From: a virus
Taxonomy: Duplodnaviria > Caudoviricetes
Strand: one strand, 5' to 3'
Virus record (IMG/VR): IMGVR_UViG_3300017700_000931
Coordinates: 160,001-224,000 of that record
Length of the DNA stretch: 64,000 nucleotides
Every line of letters begins with the position of its first letter. Positions within the stretch are counted from its first letter, which is position 1. Of the stretch, positions 56,970 through 64,000 are shown one piece after another. Below the pieces are notes generated by a model. The model was not told the origin of the DNA and ran no database searches. It worked only from the letters and a program-made list of their open reading frames with translations. The position numbers were made by a program, and so were the translations under genes.

Positions 56970-56986
56970 ATTTGATTGCTTTCACT

Positions 56987-56993
56987 ATAAATA
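56987..56993 (-). promoter_or_regulatory. Putative late promoter TATTTAT
   Basis: 17 nt upstream of ATG 56969. Confidence 0.55.
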
Positions 56994-57005
56994 TATGCCA
57001 TAAAT

Positions 57006-57039
57006 AAAAAAACCCTTAACTATCATAGTTAAGGGTTTT
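57006..57039 (-). terminator. Intrinsic terminator
   Basis: aaaaaaacccttaacta-tca-tagttaagggtttt. Confidence 0.8.
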
Positions 57040-57057
57040 CAATTAAATTATTTTGTA

Positions 57058-57513
57058 TTAATTTTTCTTCTTGTCGAAATCAAAATGCTCAAAGCTTTCT
57101 AAACAGCTAACAGCTTCATTGATTATTCCATTTAAGATTTCTGATATTTGCCCATCATTTATGGAACCATTGGATTCTTTATTAATTTTTTGAAATAATG
57201 TCATCTCACAATTCATGAAACTACGCTTACCAACCTTAATCCCTGACTCTCGCATATCTAAATCTACAATGGTCCTATCAGCATAAAAGGTATCTGAATG
57301 ATTTTTAAATAAATAATTATAGGTTGATTGTTTAACGCACTTATTTAATTTACTGATGATTCTACCATAATCTAAATCATCGGCAGTATTGGGCTCACCC
57401 CAAGCGGATATATTGATGTAAACAGCCTTTGCGTTCTTATTGTCAACAGTACCACAAACAATATTATAATTTTGATGTGTGGCGATTTTAATTTCTTTTC
57501 CTCTTTTGCTCAT
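57058..57513 (-). CDS. Hypothetical protein
   Basis: ORF with its own sigma70-type promoter and terminator; start moved to MSKRG. Confidence 0.6.
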   Translation of the reverse strand: MSKRGKEIKIATHQNYNIVCGTVDNKNAKAVYINISAWGEPNTADDLDYGRIISKLNKCVKQSTYNYLFKNHSDTFYADRTIVDLDMRESGIKVGKRSFMNCEMTLFQKINKESNGSINDGQISEILNGIINEAVSCLESFEHFDFDKKKN

Positions 57514-57533
57514 ACCTGGTTTTTTATATACCA

Positions 57534-57562
57534 AGTATACTCATAAAATTTGGATTAGTCAA
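57534..57562 (-). promoter_or_regulatory. Sigma70-type promoter
   Basis: TTGACT(57562-57557)-17 nt-TATACT(57539-57534). Confidence 0.65.
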
Positions 57563-57567
57563 ATCTA

Positions 57568-57963
57568 TTAACCCCTGAAGATATCATCCCAAAAAACAGC
57601 TAACGCCATCAATCCTTGGACGATTATCCAAATCATCATTGCTTGTGTTTTAAATGTCTTGAAACTCTCGTGTTCACTAATGTGTTGTGATAATTGTGAT
57701 ACTGACATTTGTTCCTCCATTTTACCCTTCCATTCCTTTAGCTCTTTAAGCTCTGATGTAGAGATTGTTTCTTGAATTTTTTCCTTCCATTCTTTGATAT
57801 TATCAACGGTATGTTCTATCGTCTTAATCTTAGTTAATTGAAGGGTTAATTCTTCTTGTTTTCTTGAGATATCATCAACCTTTTTGTTGAACTCATCTTG
57901 TTTTCTTGAAATCTCATCTAGTCGGTGTAATATCAATTCAATATTTACTTTATCCATATCCAT
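57568..57963 (-). CDS. Coiled-coil protein with C-terminal transmembrane helix
   Basis: Heptad repeats (DEISRKQDE/DDISRKQEE) then AMMIWIIVQGLMALAVFW. Confidence 0.6.
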   Translation of the reverse strand: MDMDKVNIELILHRLDEISRKQDEFNKKVDDISRKQEELTLQLTKIKTIEHTVDNIKEWKEKIQETISTSELKELKEWKGKMEEQMSVSQLSQHISEHESFKTFKTQAMMIWIIVQGLMALAVFWDDIFRG

Positions 57964-57980
57964 AATTTTATAACAATTTT

Positions 57981-58763
57981 TTATTCGCTTAAATCGCTTT
58001 TTAATTCAATTAACTTACTGATATCAGTAATAAAACTATCGTTGGTATATTCTAATCTGAGAATTCTGTCTTTAACTTGTAATAACTTTTCTTTCGCTTC
58101 AATATCTGATTCCATTAAGTTAGCATCTATTAAATCAATACATTCCCTCGATAGGTTTTTTAAAACGACCTTTTTACCATCTTCATCTGATTCTAGTATT
58201 GTTTTGAAAACACTTTTTTCACTTTCAGACATGTCTGAATATTTTTCGTTGAATTTATCTACAGCAATGTTAGATAATACACTATTAGGTAGTCCACCGG
58301 ACTTATTATCCTCGGTAACTTGTGTTGTATTTTCTTTGATATAAGAAACAATACCAATTAAAGATTCAACTACTGAATCAACTGTATTTGCATTTTTATT
58401 GGTGAAAATTAATGTTGTAATATCTTCATGTAACTGAGCAAATTTAACATCTGAAAATTCAGGAAGTTTTTGTTCAGAAAGAAGTGGTTTAGCTAGTAGT
58501 TTATTAGCCTCCAATATTTGTTCGGTAGTATACTTTCTTAGCACATCAATATTAGCTTTAACGAACTCAGTTGCCTTATGTTCATTAGTCTCTACTTTCT
58601 TTTCGATGTTATTATAAACTAAGAATTGTGCTCTAAGAATTTCGTTATTTTTGATAGTCTTAACATACTCCTTGAATAACTTTTTCTTATTAACATCCTT
58701 TGTAGCAATAGCTTCAACTAATAGTGTATTGAAAATATTTTTAATCTTACCAAAATTTTGCAT
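57981..58763 (-). CDS. Hypothetical head-module protein
   Basis: Downstream of portal, with a TATTTAT site upstream. Confidence 0.6.
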   Translation of the reverse strand: MQNFGKIKNIFNTLLVEAIATKDVNKKKLFKEYVKTIKNNEILRAQFLVYNNIEKKVETNEHKATEFVKANIDVLRKYTTEQILEANKLLAKPLLSEQKLPEFSDVKFAQLHEDITTLIFTNKNANTVDSVVESLIGIVSYIKENTTQVTEDNKSGGLPNSVLSNIAVDKFNEKYSDMSESEKSVFKTILESDEDGKKVVLKNLSRECIDLIDANLMESDIEAKEKLLQVKDRILRLEYTNDSFITDISKLIELKSDLSE

Positions 58764-58780
58764 AACCTTTGTATTTAATT

Positions 58781-58787
58781 ATAAATA
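58781..58787 (-). promoter_or_regulatory. Putative late promoter TATTTAT
   Basis: 17 nt upstream of ATG 58763. Confidence 0.55.
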
Positions 58788-58810
58788 TTACGGGTTACCC
58801 AAAACGAAGC

Positions 58811-60907
58811 TTAAGCATTCAATTTATCATCAATTTCATCAATCATAGAATTGATATCATCATTTATTTTCAAATTCTTGTTTATCATTTTGGTCTTCAT
58901 CTCAATGTTTTCCTTAACTGGGATGATTGATTCAGTTAATTTATTCAAATAATTACCAGTGTGTTTTTGTATTTTAACTTTACGTTCTGCTACTAATTTT
59001 TTTCGTTGTTCGGTTAAAAGATTTTGAGCTCGTTTAATTGACTCGGCAGCAGCTTTTGGTGTAGTATCACTACCACCTGCATCATCAGCGGCTCCACCAG
59101 CATCACCAAAATCCATATCAGCACCTCCGGCATCAGCCCCACCGAAATCAATATCTTCAGCCCCAGCAGCACCTTCTTCACCTAAGTCCTCATCAGTTTC
59201 ATCTCCGAAGTCCAAGTCTTCACCACCTAGGCCGCCTCCACCTCCGAAACCACCACCGGATGAACCAGCTCCACCTTCTTCACCGCCATCTTCAGCACCT
59301 CCACCACCTTCCATGGCAGCTTCCATATCACCATAAAGCTTATCGACTTTATCGAATAATCCAGTGTGTTTAATAACGTTAGAAGTATTTTCTAATTCAG
59401 CAGCAGCTGCTTTTTCCATACGTTGTTCAAGTAAATCTTGTTTAATTTCATCATCTGACCAACCTAAAATTTCTCTTTTGGCTTTTGTCATACTCATTAA
59501 TCCAAAACCATTACCAGCATCACTAACAGCATCTTTATACGCAGTTATCTTTTGTTGTAAGTGTTCTATCTTAAGCATCTCAGCTTGTGTAGATGGATTA
59601 TTAAGTGTTAGTGTAAAATTATCTAAGTCCTCATCGAAGCCTAACAAATATAAATGGATGATAGCAATTTTATTCATCTCCATAATCATGGCTTGTTGTA
59701 TTCTATTTACTGTTCTTGAAAATCTAATGTCTTGTAAAGCCAAATTTTTACCCTCACCAACAGCTTCCTCGAAACCTAAAAATGATTTTGGTACTCTTAA
59801 TGCTGTGAATAATTTCCTTTGCAAGTATTCAATATCGGCAATCTGGTCTAAGTTCTGTGCTCCGGGTAGTGTATCAATCGGATTTGGTGCATCCTCACTC
59901 CTAACTGGAATAAAAATATCTTGGTCCATACCAAGTTGATTCATTCTTAAATCTACTTGACCTGTTTGTCCATCAACTATTGGATTACGTTTAAATCTAT
60001 TCGCAATTTCATTTACATACGCTGGAACATCTTCGTTATCAATGTTACCAACAAATACCTTATAAACTCTTCTTTCTGGAGCCCTTGTAACCCTGTACAC
60101 TAACATGGCATCCTCAGATAACACTAATTGTTTCCAGATTCTTCTAGCCTTTTCTAATACTGAAGTTCCATATGGAAGTCTTCTATCATCCCCAAGTAAT
60201 CTAAAGTGTGCAATTTGCCAAGAATTAAATTCGATATCCTTAGTCTTCCAGTAAAATTTAATTCTATTATCGTGTTCGCTTGGATTTCCGTTTGCTGAAA
60301 CCATGCCCCTACGTGAGTGAGAACTAATAGAATTATAAAGGTCACCCTCTCTTCTTTCCATTTCAAAATTAGGTAATTGTTTGGCACCTAAAATACCAGC
60401 TTTGTCGTCAATGTTCAAATGGATAAAATTATCACCATATTTACAAACATTTCTAGTCCACATAGGTAATGATGTGTGGATATCCAATCTATTTTTAAAC
60501 AAATCTTCTAGGATAGCTTTAACCCTCTTAGAATCTGAATAAATATTAATTACTTGGCCCTTATCATTAGGGGTTGTAGCCTCTTCCATCATGATATCTA
60601 AAGCCGCTGAAATTTCTGGATAAAATTCCATAGCTTCAAAGTCAGCATAAGAACCAATACGAGTGGTTTCATAATGAATAGCTTTTTGAGTTAACTCATC
60701 ATCAACCCTAGACCACATACCACTAAGGTATTTGTTTTGTTGTGCTTGTAGCTTGGCTGCTTGGAATTCTTCTTTCGATTGTGTCCTAAGTAATTCTTGA
60801 TTACCTAACGAATAACGATTTGTTTGACTCCTAGGCACATTTACACCATCAGGGCCAAGGATATTATTTAACCTTTGAAATATTGTTAATTTTTTCTTAT
60901 TTGCCAT
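58811..60907 (-). CDS. gp20: Portal protein (T4 gp20-like) with acidic Gly-rich tail
   Basis: M...PEIS.ALDI..EE, YG.S.LEKARRIWKQL.L.EDAM.VYR.TRAPERRV, I.TLPG.QNL..I.DIEY. Confidence 0.93.
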   Translation of the reverse strand: MANKKKLTIFQRLNNILGPDGVNVPRSQTNRYSLGNQELLRTQSKEEFQAAKLQAQQNKYLSGMWSRVDDELTQKAIHYETTRIGSYADFEAMEFYPEISAALDIMMEEATTPNDKGQVINIYSDSKRVKAILEDLFKNRLDIHTSLPMWTRNVCKYGDNFIHLNIDDKAGILGAKQLPNFEMERREGDLYNSISSHSRRGMVSANGNPSEHDNRIKFYWKTKDIEFNSWQIAHFRLLGDDRRLPYGTSVLEKARRIWKQLVLSEDAMLVYRVTRAPERRVYKVFVGNIDNEDVPAYVNEIANRFKRNPIVDGQTGQVDLRMNQLGMDQDIFIPVRSEDAPNPIDTLPGAQNLDQIADIEYLQRKLFTALRVPKSFLGFEEAVGEGKNLALQDIRFSRTVNRIQQAMIMEMNKIAIIHLYLLGFDEDLDNFTLTLNNPSTQAEMLKIEHLQQKITAYKDAVSDAGNGFGLMSMTKAKREILGWSDDEIKQDLLEQRMEKAAAAELENTSNVIKHTGLFDKVDKLYGDMEAAMEGGGGAEDGGEEGGAGSSGGGFGGGGGLGGEDLDFGDETDEDLGEEGAAGAEDIDFGGADAGGADMDFGDAGGAADDAGGSDTTPKAAAESIKRAQNLLTEQRKKLVAERKVKIQKHTGNYLNKLTESIIPVKENIEMKTKMINKNLKINDDINSMIDEIDDKLNA

Positions 60908-60953
60908 TACTTAAATTTTTACTATAATAAGCCACTTTTTTTAAAATTAAAGC

Positions 60954-61199
60954 TTATCTTACATAATCACATGCGACATAGGCGAATCTATGTTGCACAC
61001 CGTCAGAGCTGGTTAATTCATAAACATAACTAACCACCCAATCCTCACCCTGTGTTCTAGGTAAAGCATCACAATAGAATTTAACGTTCTGTTGTTGCTT
61101 TTTTATTTTTTTATCATCGCATGGTGGAGACCATTTATACAATTGCTTGTCATATGGTTTTCTCACAAATACTCTACTACAATTCTTCTCTAGTCCCAT
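60954..61199 (-). CDS. Small hypothetical protein between terminase and portal
   Basis: ORF; start moved to MGLEK to avoid overlap with the terminase. Confidence 0.5.
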   Translation of the reverse strand: MGLEKNCSRVFVRKPYDKQLYKWSPPCDDKKIKKQQQNVKFYCDALPRTQGEDWVVSYVYELTSSDGVQHRFAYVACDYVR

Positions 61200-61207
61200 G
61201 ATTTTAA

Positions 61208-63010
61208 TTATTTCATTCCACTGAATAACCACATATAATCACCATTAGGGTCTTGCATATTTCGCCTAACCTCACTAGTGAATTTTGGTTTTGGTATTGA
61301 TTCCTTATTTTTTTTATCTTTAGGAACAAAATTGTTACCTTGATAATTGATATCCTTCGCTCCATCACCAGTCATAACCCAACTAGCCAACATTGCTTTG
61401 GTTTGTTTTTCTAATTTTTCTAATTTTTTAAATGAGTGTTCCAAAACCCATAATGCCATACCTAATGCCATTAATAAGTCATCATGTTTTCCTTCCATGT
61501 GGTCCGGTCTACCATTACGATAAACAAATGTTTTCATTTCAGAAGTCATTCTTCTAGACCTAATTTTTATTTGATTCGTTCTAATCATAAATTCAAGATT
61601 AGCAATCATAGGAAGTCTAACACCATTAGCATTGAAGCCCGGAACGTTATTTCCATCACTACTGTAAGCATCTAAATCTTTTTTCCTAGCCAATACCTTA
61701 CTCCTGTCATCATAATGTAAATTAGTGTAATTTATTTCTAGTAATTTTAATACTGTCGTCACACCCATACCACCAGTAATATCTACTACAGCATAAGCAT
61801 TATAAAGTGACCCATATTCTTCAACAATTTGCGCTAATAAATCCGGTTGTATCATACCCTGATATTCCATGACTTGTTCCATCGTAGTAAAATCAATGAT
61901 AACAATTGTGGATGCATCCTCACTATCACCCCTAGAAACATCGACACCCATAATATATTGGTGCCCTTCAACAGGCTTTTCCCAAATCCAAAATTCACCA
62001 TTATTACCTGATATCCATTTAGGGTCTTTTACATTGTTTTTTTCATGGAAAGAAATCCATTCATCAGAAATAACGTTACCACCGGAACCTAAGAACGATA
62101 CGTCAAGCTCTTGAGAAATCATACGAGCATCGTTATTCATACCCCTACACATTTCGTCATACCAGAATGACCTAGGTTTCCATCCGTCAGCAATTCTTTC
62201 TTGATAAGATGCCTTAGTAAATGCGACTTCATATTCCATAGTCTCATCTTCACTACCATCAATTCTTTTATACCATCTTAAATCTTTATTGTACCTTGGG
62301 TCTTCATACCAGTATAATTCTATAATATTAAAACCATTTCGTTTAAGCTTAGCTTGTTCGTAAGTTTCATAGTATAATGCATCCATACCATTGGGTGTGG
62401 AAATCAATGTTGCTCTACCACCAGTACCTAAAGCTGTTAAGGCAGCACCAAATACAATAGCACCGTTATCAATAAATGCTGCTTCATCCATTACTAAATG
62501 TGTTGGAGCATAACCCCTTAAAGCATCTTTTGATGTCGCAACCGCCTTAACTCTAGAATTGTTAGGTAACTTAAGTTCTTTTTTTGATTCAGTAAGGAAT
62601 ATTGTTTTAGCTTCCTTTTCTGGACTACCATAATACTCGGAACCCCAAACCCATCTTGGTAATTGACTTAAAAAATCCTTAACCTTAGCTAAGAATTCTT
62701 GCGCCATATCTTGCTTATTCGCAAGAATAAGAATCGCTTCAGGGTTATCTTTATCAGCAAAGGCTACTTGAATTGATAAATAAGCCGCCGTGGTGGTTGA
62801 TACCCCAGCTTGCCTAGGTTTTGCGATGATATTAAATCTATGCTCTCGATAGGCAGCAATGATTTCTCTTTGTTTTGGGAATAGCTTAAATGGAACGAAA
62901 CCCTCTTGTGTTTTGTCGAAGGTTTCTAAGAAACTTTCAACAGCATATACTGGGTCCATCAGACACTTAGTATATTCTTTTAATATTTCTCCAGATGTTA
63001 ATACTTGCAT
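61208..63010 (-). CDS. gp17: Terminase large subunit (T4 gp17-like)
   Basis: KPRQAGVST (Walker A), VMDEAAF (Walker B), ISTPNG, GVDVSRG and HDDL nuclease motifs. Confidence 0.95.
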   Translation of the reverse strand: MQVLTSGEILKEYTKCLMDPVYAVESFLETFDKTQEGFVPFKLFPKQREIIAAYREHRFNIIAKPRQAGVSTTTAAYLSIQVAFADKDNPEAILILANKQDMAQEFLAKVKDFLSQLPRWVWGSEYYGSPEKEAKTIFLTESKKELKLPNNSRVKAVATSKDALRGYAPTHLVMDEAAFIDNGAIVFGAALTALGTGGRATLISTPNGMDALYYETYEQAKLKRNGFNIIELYWYEDPRYNKDLRWYKRIDGSEDETMEYEVAFTKASYQERIADGWKPRSFWYDEMCRGMNNDARMISQELDVSFLGSGGNVISDEWISFHEKNNVKDPKWISGNNGEFWIWEKPVEGHQYIMGVDVSRGDSEDASTIVIIDFTTMEQVMEYQGMIQPDLLAQIVEEYGSLYNAYAVVDITGGMGVTTVLKLLEINYTNLHYDDRSKVLARKKDLDAYSSDGNNVPGFNANGVRLPMIANLEFMIRTNQIKIRSRRMTSEMKTFVYRNGRPDHMEGKHDDLLMALGMALWVLEHSFKKLEKLEKQTKAMLASWVMTGDGAKDINYQGNNFVPKDKKNKESIPKPKFTSEVRRNMQDPNGDYMWLFSGMK

Positions 63011-63022
63011 ATCTTTTTTATA

Positions 63023-63029
63023 ATAAATA
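63023..63029 (-). promoter_or_regulatory. Putative late promoter TATTTAT
   Basis: 12 nt upstream of ATG 63010. Confidence 0.55.
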
Positions 63030-63050
63030 TGCTAAAACACCCTAAAAACA

Positions 63051-63080
63051 GAAAAGACCAACGAATTCGTTGGTCTTTTC
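63051..63080. terminator. Palindromic hairpin, probable terminator
   Basis: gaaaagaccaacg-aatt-cgttggtcttttc after the stop at 63099. Confidence 0.7.
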
Positions 63081-63098
63081 ACTTATAATCATTTGGTT

Positions 63099-64000
63099 TT
63101 AAAACAAACCGGATAGGTCAATATCATCTAGGTCATTATAACCATATGAATCATCTGAACTATTCATTTCTTTAATAGAATTCTCGTAATCATCTCGTTT
63201 CATATCAGCATCAATGTTGCTTACAATTTCACGAATCTTTTCTTTACCCTCCTTAGAACCCAACATAATTTCTCTCATTGTATGATTAAATTCTTCAGTC
63301 GGTAATGCAACAAGGTCAGCATAGATATGATGTTTCTTATCAAAATCTTTCGGGTCAATACAATCAGTAAAACGTTCCCAAATTGGTGCCCCTAATCTCA
63401 TATCCCAAGGTTCGGCATTCATAAAATCTGCTTTACCCATAACATACTCAGTCAATTTTTCATCTTGAGGTAATCCATTTGCTGATAGTATTTCCATCAC
63501 ACCTTTAACCAATTCATGGATTAGAACCGGAAAGACAAATGCTTGAGCATGAATTACTGGTTTACCATCAACATACTCTACTCTAACAACACCACCAGCT
63601 TGTTTAGGCATACTATCGTCCATAGTAAGGTACCCATAATCAGCTGCGGCCATCATTTTAGCGTATTTATTCGGTAAGGTAGGGTTCATGTTGGTTAAAT
63701 CATTTTCAGCCATGTGAAACATATGGTGACCCTTTTTAGATGCACCTTGAATCATACTGTTAATGAATCTTCTTTTATAAACTTCAGCATTTGCTGATTT
63801 AACACTATCATGGTTTTCAAATTCCATGTTCTCAATTCTAATTGGAGATGGATTTTTTTGAATACTATCGATATTAATATCTTGAGTTAATTCAGCGATA
63901 ATTTCCACATCATCTTCGCCCATATCATACTCTTTTCTAATCATAGAGATAGCTAATTCTTGCAATTTTTCTCTGTGTTTAGTTTCAAGTTTCATACACT
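63099..64000 (-). CDS. Hypothetical protein, possibly 5'-truncated by the window edge
   Basis: Frame stays open upstream of ATG 63995 to the window end; contains the RRFINSMIQGASKKG block. Confidence 0.6.
   Translation of the reverse strand, partial: CMKLETKHREKLQELAISMIRKEYDMGEDDVEIIAELTQDINIDSIQKNPSPIRIENMEFENHDSVKSANAEVYKRRFINSMIQGASKKGHHMFHMAENDLTNMNPTLPNKYAKMMAAADYGYLTMDDSMPKQAGGVVRVEYVDGKPVIHAQAFVFPVLIHELVKGVMEILSANGLPQDEKLTEYVMGKADFMNAEPWDMRLGAPIWERFTDCIDPKDFDKKHHIYADLVALPTEEFNHTMREIMLGSKEGKEKIREIVSNIDADMKRDDYENSIKEMNSSDDSYGYNDLDDIDLSGLF

Noticed and set aside
217-62114. Many short antisense or alternate-frame ORFs in the track (e.g. 647..916, 1728..2015, 20621..20998, 47433..47870, 59364..59939)
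   Set aside because: They lie wholly inside longer genes with recognisable motifs and read as shadow translations without motifs or their own initiation context.
8091-63010. Inteins or group I introns in PolB, helicase, capsid or terminase
   Set aside because: No splice-junction motifs or LAGLIDADG/HNH inserts were seen, and catalytic motifs are normally spaced.
1-64000. Stop-codon reassignment, as in some large phages
   Set aside because: Conserved genes are intact in code 11 and coding density is high. TAA, TAG (40973-40975) and TGA (12168-12170, 30443-30445) all act as stops.
1-64000. tRNA or rRNA genes
   Set aside because: Intergenic gaps are short and none shows a cloverleaf with T-loop/D-loop consensus; tRNAscan-SE would confirm.

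Overview
An AT-rich (about 30% GC by eye), densely coding 64 kb segment of a large T4-like tailed dsDNA phage (jumbo/huge-phage gene content), read in the standard code. The right end holds the head module: terminase large subunit, portal, prohead protease, scaffold and major capsid protein. The left end holds neck/tail-completion genes, several Gly/Thr/Ser-rich fibre proteins, a SNF2 helicase, a glutaredoxin, a family B DNA polymerase and a sulfotransferase. The middle is a ~19 kb island rich in glycan-synthesis genes (about nine glycosyltransferase-like ORFs, WecB, a short DegT aminotransferase, GNAT, two methyltransferases, a HAD-nucleotidyltransferase fusion, cupin, GDPD-like). It is mixed with dUTPase, IMPDH/GMP reductase, PTH2 and PhoH, and followed by a gp55-like sigma factor and baseplate genes. 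No tRNA, CRISPR array, intein, intron or mobile element was recognised. The main leads are: (1) a possible phage-encoded virion glycosylation system, pairing the glycan island with a strongly recurrent [S/T]-G-x-T motif in the fibre proteins; (2) a 35-aa metallothionein-like ORF missed by the ORF track; (3) a TATTTAT element 12-18 nt upstream of 14 mostly virion genes, which is the reverse complement of the T4 late promoter core; (4) a shared N-terminal leader resembling the T4 capsid-targeting sequence on WYL, ART-like and GNAT-ParB proteins; (5) a three-way-junction leader RNA candidate. All product calls come from motif recognition by eye; no database search was run.
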